A stretch of DNA of 64,000 nt from an uncultured bacterium (lineage in GTDB: Bacteria > Fidelibacterota > UBA2242), in NCBI GenBank assembly GCA_964589175.1, contig CAZPRY010000016.1:5559-69558 (forward strand). Direction: 5' to 3'. Below the pieces are notes generated by a model. The model was not told where the DNA came from. It did no database searches and saw nothing but the letters and a program-made list of their open reading frames with translations. Shown here piece after piece: positions 47,365 to 58,600 of this stretch (positions are counted from its first letter, which is position 1; each line of letters begins with the position of its first letter). Position numbers and translations under genes: made by a program.

Positions 47365-50274
47365 CTATTTCAACAGCGTCACTTTTTGGGTGGCGGTGCG
47401 GTCCCCATTTTTCAGGATGATAAAATAGATTCCCGACTGCAGCGGTTCCTGGGCGGCTGTCATCCCGTCCCAATAGAAATGATAACGCCCGGGTTGCGTC
47501 GATCCCATCGAGAGGGCGTAGACTTCGCGGCCGGTCACATCGACAATTCGAACGGATGTCTCTCCCGCCCTGTCCAGTTCGAAGACCAGGTTGGTGCCGG
47601 GATTGAAGGGATTAGGATAATTCGGTTCCAGCCGGAATTCATAGGCCATCGGTTCGGAATCGCCCTGTACCAATTGCGTGAGAATTCCGCCCTCCGGCAT
47701 TTCCAATTCCCGGTCAGTGTAGAGGCGCAATTCGCCCGGACGCAGATAAAACGTATGCGCGCCGTCCGGGACATCCATCTGCTCACCGCGAAAATACTCG
47801 TACCATCTCCCGGAATGCGGAAACTGCAGGGTCGCCGTCTGCGCCACCACGTCGAAGTTTCCAAGGACCGCAGCGCACATGCCCTGATGGGTGAGAGTGA
47901 TACTTTTAACCTCTTTATCCACATCCATGATCAGGCTGGTCTGATCGCTGAAGAAGACTTCCTGCTCGCGGCGCAGTTTGATCAGCGCCTGGAAAATTTT
48001 ATACAGGTTCTCGCGATTCGGATGATGAGGATAGTCCCAGACAATCGGCTTTTCGCCGAGACGGCTGTTGTAGTCGATCGAGAAGTCGTAGCCGACCTCT
48101 CCGAATTGCCAAATCATTTTGGGCCCCGGAATGGTGAAAAAAAACGGCGCCGCCAGTTTGATACGGTTCAACGCCGTCGGTAAATCCTTAACCTGATACA
48201 CTCCGCTGCCGTTGCCGTATTGCAGGTTCTTGTACATCTGGCGCTCCTCGTCGTGGCTTTCCATATAGGTGACCAGGTTGGCGCGGGACCAGCCGCGTGT
48301 CCCGTAATAGGCCCAGGACAGGTCCGACTTCCCGTAGTCCGAACCGGTTTTATGGTAGCCCATCGTGGCTTCATTGTAATTATCGGTCATCTTGCCCCAG
48401 AGCAGCATCCCGGCGTCGGCCAACTCCGTCTCTTCGCGGTTCTCGCCCAGGTGCTCCAGGATGATGTAGGCCTCCGGATCGAATTCCCGAATGCGATCAG
48501 CCATGCGTTTAAGCAGGGCGATCCTGGAAGCATTGTAATTGTAAAAATCGCCGGTCTGCATAAAACCCTTGGAAAGATCGAAACGGAAACCATCTACTTT
48601 ATACTCCCTCAGCCAGAAGGCGTTCACACGATCGACAAAAGCCTGGGTTGCCGGGCTCTCGTGATTGAAATCGTAGCCTACATTGTAAGGATGTTTTTCG
48701 ACGGGATTGAACCAGGGACTCTCGGGTGCCGGGCGCTTATTGGCCTGGTCCCAGTAGAGCCGCACCATCGGCGACTGGCCGAAGGAGTGGTTCAGCACCA
48801 TATCCAGGATGACGGCAATCCCGCGCCGGTGGCACTCGTCGATCAGGGCCTTCAAATCCCCGGCCGGGCCGTAATATTTATCGAGTGCGAAATAGAAAGA
48901 GGGATTATAGCCCCAGCTGGAATTGCCTTCAAATTCGTTGACCGGCATCAGTTCGATGGCATTGACGCCCAAACGCTCTATATAATTCAACGTATCCTGC
49001 AATGTCTTAAAATCATGAGCCCGCAGGAAATCGCGCAGTAGAATTTCATAGATGATCAGTTCCTCTTTATGCGGCCGCTGAAAGTCCATGCTCTGCCACT
49101 CGAATTCCGCTTCATCGATCTTCAATGTCGAAACAATCTCGGAAGTCTTGCCATCCGGGTAAGCCGGCAGGTTCGGGTAGGTGCTGCTCGTGATATACCG
49201 ATCGTTCCAGGGATCGAGAACTGTATGTGTATACGGATCGGCAATGCGCAAGCTGCCGTCTACCAGGTACTGAAATCCGTATTCCTTATCCGGGTTCAAA
49301 CCGGGAATCTCGAGCCACCAATAGACGCTGTCCGCATCGACTGTGTAACGCTGCATGAAATAGTCGGTGTCCACCCTCCAGTCATTAAAATCGCCGATTA
49401 CGTAGACAAATTCCTTGTACGGCGCGAACAGGGTCAGGATCAGTCGGTCGTCATCGATGATATTGATTCCGCTACGGCAACCCATCGGCAGCGGTGCTTC
49501 GGAAACCGGCGGATTGACCACCACATAGAATGATATGCTATCCGTCTCTGCGGCCGTGCCGACTACAACCGCCGTGATTTCTATAGAACCCTGAATCTCC
49601 GTTGCGGGTAAAAAATCGTACACCAGCACCGTATCGGCCGCCTCGGCTTGCAGTTCACCATCGATAAATATCTGTAGTTTGTTGATCTGGGTGCCGATCG
49701 CCGCCGCTTTCAAAACAATCCGCACGGCCTCGCCGGCCTTGGCGAATACCGGCGAACGCAGGGGATCTCCGTAAGACAAATCGATTCGTGGCTCGTCGAT
49801 AATCACAGTCAGTCCCGGCTCATACAGGTCCAGAAAGATATCTGCTCCGCCAATGTCCTTTCCTTCTCGCGAGCCGTCCGCGTTGCGAAAGACAAAAGCC
49901 AACTTCAGGATTTTCTCGCTGGCGGGGATATGCGCTCCGCTGCTGTGATCAACATAATAGTCGCGCGGATAGCCGATTGAAAGTTTCCACAGGTTACCGC
50001 TTACGCGCTCGAGTTTGTTTTTGGAGAGGTTGGCATTGCCGCTGCCGGGCCAGGGCGAGACCACGTATTTCCAGACGGTACTCTTATCCGTGATTACACC
50101 GGTATGAGCATAGACGTCGCCCGTAAAATCCTTCAACCCGGCGTTGCCCTGGGCAGCATCGAAATAGACTACGATCGCGTCGTTCTGCGTTGCAAATTCG
50201 GGATCGGACCAGACAACCGGAGCGCTCCGGACTATTTCGATCAATAAAAAGCAGAGAATCGATATTTTTTTCAT
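47365..50274 (-). CDS. Secreted GH13 alpha-amylase-family glycosidase with T9SS type-A-like C-terminal domain
   Basis: IELMPVNEF..SWGYNP, DMVLNH, DGFRFDLSKG, ILEH, ESHDE; C-terminal NYPNPFNP...SGIYF...KVTLLK. Confidence 0.93.
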   Translation of the reverse strand: MKKISILCFLLIEIVRSAPVVWSDPEFATQNDAIVVYFDAAQGNAGLKDFTGDVYAHTGVITDKSTVWKYVVSPWPGSGNANLSKNKLERVSGNLWKLSIGYPRDYYVDHSSGAHIPASEKILKLAFVFRNADGSREGKDIGGADIFLDLYEPGLTVIIDEPRIDLSYGDPLRSPVFAKAGEAVRIVLKAAAIGTQINKLQIFIDGELQAEAADTVLVYDFLPATEIQGSIEITAVVVGTAAETDSISFYVVVNPPVSEAPLPMGCRSGINIIDDDRLILTLFAPYKEFVYVIGDFNDWRVDTDYFMQRYTVDADSVYWWLEIPGLNPDKEYGFQYLVDGSLRIADPYTHTVLDPWNDRYITSSTYPNLPAYPDGKTSEIVSTLKIDEAEFEWQSMDFQRPHKEELIIYEILLRDFLRAHDFKTLQDTLNYIERLGVNAIELMPVNEFEGNSSWGYNPSFYFALDKYYGPAGDLKALIDECHRRGIAVILDMVLNHSFGQSPMVRLYWDQANKRPAPESPWFNPVEKHPYNVGYDFNHESPATQAFVDRVNAFWLREYKVDGFRFDLSKGFMQTGDFYNYNASRIALLKRMADRIREFDPEAYIILEHLGENREETELADAGMLLWGKMTDNYNEATMGYHKTGSDYGKSDLSWAYYGTRGWSRANLVTYMESHDEERQMYKNLQYGNGSGVYQVKDLPTALNRIKLAAPFFFTIPGPKMIWQFGEVGYDFSIDYNSRLGEKPIVWDYPHHPNRENLYKIFQALIKLRREQEVFFSDQTSLIMDVDKEVKSITLTHQGMCAAVLGNFDVVAQTATLQFPHSGRWYEYFRGEQMDVPDGAHTFYLRPGELRLYTDRELEMPEGGILTQLVQGDSEPMAYEFRLEPNYPNPFNPGTNLVFELDRAGETSVRIVDVTGREVYALSMGSTQPGRYHFYWDGMTAAQEPLQSGIYFIILKNGDRTATQKVTLLK

Positions 50275-50364
50275 TCTATCAACCTGCGGATTTCATGGAT
50301 TTAGCATTACTGCGGCTGGCTATCCGGCGGGATAAAAGGATCACCCCGCAAGTCAGTAAACGCG

Positions 50365-51177
50365 TCACCCGATACTTTTACGAATCATTTGTTCGAGATA
50401 ATCGTTTTTCTCCGGCATGAGTTTCTCAACGGTTTTACTGACATTCAGTTTTTTGCGCTGCCCGAAGAGCGTAATGTCGAGAATGATGTAATTGGTCGCA
50501 ATACTGAGGACGGCTTTGTTCTGCGTCCAGATTGCCTGCTCGTCGACTTCGATGTTGGCGGGTCCCATGATGAGCTCCCGCCCATCCACGACCAGAATGA
50601 TCTTATGATCCCAGATGCGAACCAGTTTCTCCTCGGGGATGCCGTAAGAGAATACCTTTCCGAATTTCTGATCGATATCCGTAAAGGAGAAAATAACGAT
50701 TTCCACTCCGCGGCGTTTGGCCGCCAGAAGCGCTTTCTCGAGTTGCTTGATTTCCCGGCTCCACCCGGAGATATAGATGGTCTGAGCAGCATCCCGGATC
50801 AGCGCGTCGCAGGTCTGGACCAGGGACTCATAGCCGTTGATATTCCAGAAGCCCTCATTCTCAGGCCGGCTGTTGAACATTGCCAGTTCTTTCTTCAGGG
50901 AAGATAATCGCGATGAAAAATCCGTCGCCAGGCGCGAAAACAGTTGCTTGGGCGAGAGCGGAATATATTTACGTGGTTTCTCGTGAATGGAGATCACCAC
51001 TCCGCGCGCCTCCAGTTTGCGTAAAACGGCATAGATCACCGACCTTGGGACCTCGACTTCCTTGCTCACCTCGTATCCGGTCGCCGGATTGTGATTAAGG
51101 AGTCCCAGGTAGGTCTTGGCCTCGTAGGAGGTGAATCCCAATCGAACCATACGATTTACTAAATCATCTGGTAACAT
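50365..51177 (-). CDS. TrmB-family transcriptional regulator
   Basis: LGFTSYEAKTYLGLL...TGYEVSK..VPRSVIY.VL.KL wHTH, plus C-terminal effector domain. Confidence 0.9.
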   Translation of the reverse strand: MLPDDLVNRMVRLGFTSYEAKTYLGLLNHNPATGYEVSKEVEVPRSVIYAVLRKLEARGVVISIHEKPRKYIPLSPKQLFSRLATDFSSRLSSLKKELAMFNSRPENEGFWNINGYESLVQTCDALIRDAAQTIYISGWSREIKQLEKALLAAKRRGVEIVIFSFTDIDQKFGKVFSYGIPEEKLVRIWDHKIILVVDGRELIMGPANIEVDEQAIWTQNKAVLSIATNYIILDITLFGQRKKLNVSKTVEKLMPEKNDYLEQMIRKSIG

Positions 51178-51304
51178 TTACCGTAATCTCCCTGTATAAT
51201 TCCGTTGTCTCTTATCGTTCCGAATCGCCGGCTCCCGAAAGAATCGTCGATAAAAGCCAAGACCGATTCGGGATTCAATCTGACCTCCTGCCGACCATGC
51301 ACGA

Positions 51305-53113
51305 CTAATCTTCCTTAACCTCCGTGGATAAATGCCTGAACCATGAGAAATAAAGGATTATCGACAGAACGATTACTACCGTCAGCAGAATGGCAAAGGT
51401 ATCGAAGCGTTTCATAACCAGCACCAACCACATCATGAACAGGCAAACCTGCCATGGCACAGCTATAAAAGTCGAGAAGATATCACGCCGGTTTTCTGCT
51501 TTTACCTGGCTCCTGAATTTATCCGAGAAATGCGCGCGGACGGGATTCCAGAAACCAAAAGGACGGGTAACCTTGTAAAAATTTTGCAGCACCTTGTCAT
51601 CTGTCGGCTGCGTCAGAAATGTGCCGATAATGGTTCCCGCCAGGGCCATTCCAGCCGCAAACAGGAAGGCGAAATATTCCTCGGTTCCTTCCGGCATCAC
51701 CAGTTTCCAGATGATCGAAGCCAGCATACCGCTAGCCATACCGATGGCGTAGCCATAGCCGTTCAGTCGCCACCAATACCAGCGAATCAGTTGCGGAATG
51801 ATCAATCCCGCCCCGATGCTCATCGTGATCCAGCCCCAAATTTCGTTGATATTACGGATAAACAGCATCATGACCAGTCCCACCAGAATGATCAGGATGG
51901 AGGCGCTGTAACTCTGCGTCATTTGCTTTTTATCAGAAGCCTTGGGATTGATATAAACAAGGTAGATATCCTTGACCCAGTAGGCCGCCCCGGCATTCAC
52001 GGTCGAATCGAAAGTCGACATAGCCGCGGCCATCAACCCGGCTACGAGGAAACCTTTGACGCCGATCGGTAATTGGCTCACCACCAGCGGTAAAACCATT
52101 TCCGGGTCATGCACCTGGCCCGCCAAAGACACACCCCAGACCGCCAGCGCGCCGATAAAGGGCCAGCGAAAGGAGAGCAGAAAGGTCCAGAAAAGGGAGA
52201 GCAATCCGGCTTCCCGGTCGCTTTTAGCCGCGAAATAGCGCTGGATCATGTAGCCGCCGGTGCCGCCGCTGCCTTCGATCACGACCTTGAAAATATAGAA
52301 CATGATTGCGATCCCGAATAAATTGTACATCGAGTAGAGGCTCGCCGAATCCATTCCCAGCTTCCAGTGCGGCAGTACGCTCGTCCACTCTTTATAATTC
52401 GTCGCAAATGACTTGAAGCCGCCGCCCGCGACTTCACGAATCGGCATGGATACCGCGAACTGTTCCGGCAAATGAATCCCAAAAGATTTGGTAACGACAA
52501 AGATGATCGCCAGAAAAATGAGGGTTCCCTGAAATACGTCGGTCCAAACGACTCCGTAAAACCCCGACGCAACCGTATAGATGGAGGCAATCAGAATCAG
52601 TATCGAAGCCGCCCAGAATTCCGACGGCAAGCCCAGCCAGGCATGAATTCCGAGAATCCTGTCCAAAAATTTCCCGCCGCCGATGGCAAAATAGGTGATC
52701 ATCGCCACTGTCACGATGATAGAGGTGATGGCGGTGATCAGGCGCGCCAGCCGTCCTTCACGGTCATCCCCGAATCGGAATTGCATCCATTCTGCGAGGG
52801 TCATCACGTTCGCGCGACGGTTCCATTTGCCCATGAAAATCATCAAAAACGCCATGATCAGCGTGACGCCGCCCCGGATTTCGATATAGAATCCCTTCGA
52901 ACCCAGCGCATAAATCAGCGCTACGATGATCATGGTCCCGCTGATATCCAGGTTCGAGGCCATTCCGGAAGCTCCGAGCACCCACCAGGGCAGGTTGCGG
53001 TTCCCCAGGAAATAGGAATCGATCCCATTCGAAGCTTTACGCTGAAAATAGAGGCCGACGATAACCAGCCCGACGATATACACAAATACGATCGCGAAAT
53101 CAATAAAAGTCAT
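51305..53113 (-). CDS. Sodium:solute symporter (probable sugar)
   Basis: YFLGNRNLPWW, GVVWTD, QRYFAAKS, AAAMSTFDS; many TM helices. Confidence 0.9.
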   Translation of the reverse strand: MTFIDFAIVFVYIVGLVIVGLYFQRKASNGIDSYFLGNRNLPWWVLGASGMASNLDISGTMIIVALIYALGSKGFYIEIRGGVTLIMAFLMIFMGKWNRRANVMTLAEWMQFRFGDDREGRLARLITAITSIIVTVAMITYFAIGGGKFLDRILGIHAWLGLPSEFWAASILILIASIYTVASGFYGVVWTDVFQGTLIFLAIIFVVTKSFGIHLPEQFAVSMPIREVAGGGFKSFATNYKEWTSVLPHWKLGMDSASLYSMYNLFGIAIMFYIFKVVIEGSGGTGGYMIQRYFAAKSDREAGLLSLFWTFLLSFRWPFIGALAVWGVSLAGQVHDPEMVLPLVVSQLPIGVKGFLVAGLMAAAMSTFDSTVNAGAAYWVKDIYLVYINPKASDKKQMTQSYSASILIILVGLVMMLFIRNINEIWGWITMSIGAGLIIPQLIRWYWWRLNGYGYAIGMASGMLASIIWKLVMPEGTEEYFAFLFAAGMALAGTIIGTFLTQPTDDKVLQNFYKVTRPFGFWNPVRAHFSDKFRSQVKAENRRDIFSTFIAVPWQVCLFMMWLVLVMKRFDTFAILLTVVIVLSIILYFSWFRHLSTEVKED

Positions 53114-53188
53114 GAATTACTCCCCGATTGTAATTTCCATTTCATCAAATGAGGTTCACTATTTCTCTCAGTAAACTAAGCGTTTAAA

Positions 53189-54586
53189 TCAACGGTAAAG
53201 TTCCTGTAACCGATCATCAAAAATCCGGACCGCGGTTTGCGTTCGATGGTCCTGCAGATATTCAGCCCGCCGCTTGCGCCATTGCTGCAGGCGGTACAGG
53301 TAGACATCTTCATCCGTAAAATTAGCGCGCCTCTCCACGGGCGTATCCTCGAACAACAGCTGCGTCTCCGCCCGGGCCAGCCAGTCATTGGAACGCAGCC
53401 GCACCTGTGCGCGCACCTCCGGCCGGCGGTCCAACCCTTCCCGGTAAGCCTTCTGCGCCAGGATGTCATTGCGCAGGGCAAAGGCCACGGCCTTGTCCAT
53501 TTCATACAAAACAAACTGAACCGGCAATTCCGGTATGCGTTTCACGAAATCGGCGACCGTCCACTCGCCGCCTCGGTAATGAATCAGCGTATCCTGCAGC
53601 AGGTCGGACAGGCGCAGGCTTATTTTACCCAGTTCATTGGCCGGAATCTTTTGGAGCTGTAAATCCTCGGGATAAAGCACATCCCGGTAATAGCTTTTAA
53701 TTTGCGCGGCCACCAATCGCAGAAGCGGCACATTGAGCTGCAAGTGCTGATCCCGCATATAATTTGACAGGTAGCCCGCCAGTTTCTCCTCGCCGTAGAT
53801 GCGCTGCAATTTGGGGCGTTCTTTGACGCAGAAATGCTCATAATCAAGCCGGGATGGAATCAGGTCACGCCGGATGGCCTCAAGCTTGACGATATGCCAG
53901 CCGAATTTGCTCTGAAACGGTTTCGAAATTCCGCCCTCCTGCAACTGATAGAGGACATTCTCAAACTGCAAATCGGTATCGCCCCAGGAAATCCATCCCA
54001 GCAGCCCACCATTGCGCTGCAACGTGGAATCCCGGAATACCTCGGACGCCAGCTGCTCGAAAGTAGATCCCTGCGATGTCAATTTGCGATATAACACTTC
54101 GATTGCCTGCCGGTCCTTAGCATAGAGGTGCCGCGCCAGGCGGCTCTCCCGGGAGCGCCGGAAGGCTTCCCGCAGCTGGTTCTCATCGACTTCGATCCCT
54201 TCCCGAATCCGATCGAACTGCAGTTCGCGCATGGCCTCGCGTTCGGCCATCTCGCGTTGATAGCGAAATACGGCCAGAGTATCCAGATGCTCCATCCGGG
54301 CGGTTTGGGCCAGCAGGTATGCATCGGTCATCTGTTGTAAATGCATCCTTCGGTTTTCCGGACTATCCGCCTGCGAAGATCGCAGCATAGCCAGCTCATA
54401 AGATTTTTTAAACTGAAACACCGTAATCGTATCCTCGCCGATGATCGCCAGCGCCTTCTGATCTGCATTCGGTACCGGTTTTTCGGTTCGCGAACAGGTC
54501 GGAACCATTAAAAGCCAAAGCAGCGGGATCACAAACCAGATAACACTGCCGATCTTCCGCTGTTTTACGTTCGCTAGGTTTTTCAC
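53189..54586 (-). CDS. Parvulin-type peptidyl-prolyl isomerase (SurA/PrsA-like)
   Basis: ARHL, FEQLA, GGLLGW, ISKPFQSKFGWHIVKL; GTG start overlaps the upstream stop. Confidence 0.85.
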   Translation of the reverse strand: MKNLANVKQRKIGSVIWFVIPLLWLLMVPTCSRTEKPVPNADQKALAIIGEDTITVFQFKKSYELAMLRSSQADSPENRRMHLQQMTDAYLLAQTARMEHLDTLAVFRYQREMAEREAMRELQFDRIREGIEVDENQLREAFRRSRESRLARHLYAKDRQAIEVLYRKLTSQGSTFEQLASEVFRDSTLQRNGGLLGWISWGDTDLQFENVLYQLQEGGISKPFQSKFGWHIVKLEAIRRDLIPSRLDYEHFCVKERPKLQRIYGEEKLAGYLSNYMRDQHLQLNVPLLRLVAAQIKSYYRDVLYPEDLQLQKIPANELGKISLRLSDLLQDTLIHYRGGEWTVADFVKRIPELPVQFVLYEMDKAVAFALRNDILAQKAYREGLDRRPEVRAQVRLRSNDWLARAETQLLFEDTPVERRANFTDEDVYLYRLQQWRKRRAEYLQDHRTQTAVRIFDDRLQELYR

Positions 54587-55605
54587 TTGAAATTGATACT
54601 CGTTGCAAAATGATGGACATCGGTCAGGTGATCGAATCCCTGGAAAGCATAATCGAACTGAATCGCGAGATTCGAACGCATTCTGAAAACTACTCCCGTG
54701 CCGAAGGTCAGGCCCTGTTCTTTGTAATCACCCTGGAACATATTCTTCCAACCAGCCCGCAACGAAAAAAGATCGTACAGCGTGTATTCGACACCCAGGT
54801 TGGCCATTTTGACGTTGTCGCTGGGATAGACGCCGTCGGCGGCCAGCCAGACTTTGTGATTTTTGGTATCCATGACTGGCATCGCCGCCCCGATCCGGAA
54901 AACCAGCGGCATGTTCCATTGGTCGGTCCGCAGTTCGGAGATGATCTTCTCGTTATTGCCGTAGATCGATTCATCGATGTCATGAAAGGCAAAGAGGTCG
55001 CGACCGGTCATCTGCATCTTGCTGCCGAAATTATTGATGCTGATCCCGAGACGCATATCGTTAAAACGCGTGATGTACAGGGTACCGACATCCAGCGCCA
55101 GCCCTTCAGCCTTCTCGTTATAGATCGACTGGGCGATATATTTCACTGTCGCGCCGATACTGAACCGATCGGTCAGGTTCCGCGCAAAAGAGAGTCCCAG
55201 CGAGATATCGTTGGCCGAGAAAACTTCACCTGTGCCGTAAGGATTTTCAATCGTGGTCACCTGCATTTCGCCGTAGTCTACGAAAGTCACGCTGACACCC
55301 AATGCGCCCACGGCCGGCAGTTGATAAATCACCGAAGCGTACTGGATATTGATGTCGGCAAACCAGTTCAAATAACTAAAATAGGCGGAATTCTTCTCGC
55401 TCCGCGAGATCGAACCAACATTCCACAAGATGCCCGATCCGTCATCCGAGACGCCCCCGAAGGCTGCTCCCATCGCCACCGCTTTGGCGCCGATTTCAAG
55501 ACCCAGAAAAGGCGCCGCCGAAGTGCCGACCTTACTCTGCGCGGATACCGTCTGCATCGACAGCAGGGCCGCTAAGGCCAAATAAATGATAGATGCTCGT
55601 TTCAT
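54583..55605 (-). CDS. PorV/PorQ-family outer membrane barrel
   Basis: KVGTSAAPFL..EIGAKAVAMG.A, FSIGATVKYI, ALDVGTLY, PLVFRIG, GVEY...SLRAG. Confidence 0.85.
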   Translation of the reverse strand: MKRASIIYLALAALLSMQTVSAQSKVGTSAAPFLGLEIGAKAVAMGAAFGGVSDDGSGILWNVGSISRSEKNSAYFSYLNWFADINIQYASVIYQLPAVGALGVSVTFVDYGEMQVTTIENPYGTGEVFSANDISLGLSFARNLTDRFSIGATVKYIAQSIYNEKAEGLALDVGTLYITRFNDMRLGISINNFGSKMQMTGRDLFAFHDIDESIYGNNEKIISELRTDQWNMPLVFRIGAAMPVMDTKNHKVWLAADGVYPSDNVKMANLGVEYTLYDLFSLRAGWKNMFQGDYKEQGLTFGTGVVFRMRSNLAIQFDYAFQGFDHLTDVHHFATSINFK

Positions 55606-55627
55606 CTTCTATGTCCTTTGTTTTAGT

Positions 55628-58600
55628 TCAACGTATAATCGCCAGTTTGCCGGTCTTCTCACCGAGAGTACTACTGGTGATATGATAAATATAGATGCCG
55701 AAGGCCACCTTTTTGCCGGACTCGTTCAACAGATCCCAGGCAAGCGTACCGTCGAAAATATCACCGGTGTGCTGTAGTTTGCGAACCAAGTCGCCGCGCA
55801 CCGTATAAATGCGCAAAACCGCATCGGCCGTCAGATTGATAAACGCTACTTTATTCGGGAAATTGCCGGGCAGATCAGGCGAATAATCCCAGGAAGCCGA
55901 AACGATATAAGGATTGGGGACGACGCTGAAATTGCTCCAGCCGTCATCCGTGACAAGACCCTGGGAAGCTGCAAGCGTACTGAAGCGATAATTATCATCG
56001 CTGCTAAACTTGATGGTCGTCGCGACATCGAGAAAATCTCCGTCCGCGTAGCGGTATTTTTCCGTGATGGAGATGTCATAGATCCAGAGCGTATCGTCAC
56101 CGGTCGAATGCCAGACCACCTGCAAATTGCCGGCTTGATCGATCTCGATCGGAATTTTCAGCTCCGTAAAGCTCTGCCCGACGGTGAAGGTCGTGTTCTG
56201 CCCCCCGATTCCGAAGGATAAACTCTGCTCGCTGGTGGATTTCATCCAGCCTTTAAAATAAAACAGGCCCGGATTCAGCAGCGTATCGCTCTTCAAAGTC
56301 ACATTCACCGGATTGGCCTGAGAGGGCACAAGGACGTTATCGTCCCAGTACACGATCGTCGCGTCGCCGGCTTTCAGTGGGGGCAGATTTTTCGAACCGC
56401 TAACCCGCTCGTAGAGGATCGTGCTGTCCGGGTCCTGCCAGTAAAAAAGTCCGCCTTTATCGGCCGCCTGCAGCGAAATCAGGTTTGCGCTGTCGAAAAT
56501 GAGTTTGATGTACCAGCTGGACTTATAGGGATAATTCACCGGGTTGGTGGTTTTATCCAGCGTATCCTCAAACAACGGATAGAGGATGAAGTCATCCTTA
56601 CCGGTGACTGCGCGGTAGGCAACCTTCACATCCTTATTCCCGATCATATCGAAGACTTTCAATTTGACGGGTCGCGCGTTGAGGGTCACAAAACCGGACT
56701 TATAAGATTGCGAAGTGTCGACAATCTCGTCATAAAATGTCAGGCGGTACCTGACCGGAAAGCGATTCCCGCTAAGATCCGAAAGATTCATCAGGATTTC
56801 GGGGTGGGCCAGGTCGCTTCCCGACCAGCGGATACTATCCGGGATGATATTAATCCGGTCGGCATTGGTCAACTGCAGGCGCAGGCCCTCGAATACCGGC
56901 GAAGGTTTATCGATCGACGAGACATAGGCAAGCAGGGTATCGCCGGTTGTCACATTGCGCACCCCGTAAGCCGTCGTCTTCTTGGCGAAGAAATCGATCG
57001 TCGAGGTCAACGCGTAATTGGGATCGGTGGACGAATCATAGAAATAAATCTCGTATTCGGAATCATTCACAATCTTCCTGTCATCGACGATGTCCAGGCT
57101 GACGCTGCCGGTAGCATGGCCGGTATGGATAATCCCCGCGGAGTTCAAAGCGGCCGGCTGGTAGCCCTTGCTGTACGGATTCGGAATCGCCATTACCGTA
57201 TTCGAATCGAACACGTACCGGTCGGATTCCAGCGTAATACGTTTGCTGCCTTCCGACGGTAAAATATTGAACAGCGAATCGCCGGAATCGTAGGCCACGA
57301 CCGCATAGAAATAGCGCTGGCCGTTGTTCACGCTCGTATCCACATAGGTGTACTGAAGCCCGGAATTACTGCCCAGGTACTGGGCCAGGCCGGCGCTGCC
57401 ATCCAGGAAACTCTTGGCGAATTGACCGTTCATCAGTGAATAGCTATCTCCCGAAGGCGCTTCCAATGTGATGTCCAATTCGTAGAGCCAGGGATGGGCG
57501 ATGTCCAGAGTGACCCGGAAATCGTCCCAGTTTTGCGACGCTCCCTCAACATCGATCGCGGTCGAAACTTCGGGATACAGGTTCAGGCCCCATTTGCTGT
57601 TGCCGATCATAACCAGGCTGTCCAGGATGAATTCCCCCTGACCCTTCCATTCGTCGGCGTTCACGTCGACCCGGTAGAAGAAGATACCGTCCTGCATATC
57701 TTCCGGGGCATCGAAACTGCGCGAAAAATACTGATAGGTGTTCTTGTTGACAGTACTCTCAACACCGTACTGCCGGAATTCTTTGACCACTTGATTCGGC
57801 TGGTAGGCCCGGTAGCCGGGAGCAACGACAATCCCGGGATCATTCTCATAGATTTTCGTCTTCCACTCGTAATGGGCGCCCGGCACCACGCGCGACAGGC
57901 GCTGGTAGACTTCCTGGGTCATATATTCGGCCGTTGAAGCCCGGAACTGGTCCACATACAGAACAGTGCCCTGGCCATTTCCGACGTACAGGTTTGCGCT
58001 GGTCAGACGGCTGTTGAGACGCCGGTAATAATGCAGTTCCGTCGTATTAGCCGGAATGAGGCCGAGATCCACTACTTTTTCCTGACCGTTATTCAACGAC
58101 AGGTAAAGATGACCGTTCGGGGTTCTGTTCTCAGAGGCGATCCGGACGGTGAACGCCACCCAGGTGTTCGGCTCAAACTGGCTGGCCGTCGCCAGATTCC
58201 AGCACAGGCCGGAGTTGGAATTAGAGTTGATTTTCATCGTCAGCCAGCCGCTGGAAAGCGACGCGTATTCTGCCACCCAGCCGAGAGCGACTGCGGCATT
58301 ATCCGTCAGTTGATCCCAACCGGTTGTATCGGCCGGTTCCTCGAAATCACCGTTATCGATGCGGTTCTTGGTACTGACCTCCCAGAAATTATCGATTGAG
58401 ATCTTGAGCGCGTCGCCTGTCGCCGCCTCGTTGGGGCTATGTTCAAAAAACATACTCTCGGGCTGGTAGCGCTCCCAGCTTTCTGGATCGGTTTTAGCCG
58501 CATCCGCAAAACGGTTGAAACCCGAATTTTCCACCACGTTCAGATCGGTGATCGTACCCTTGTGTCTGACATAGCCGGTATCGCCCGCTGCTTTAAAACC

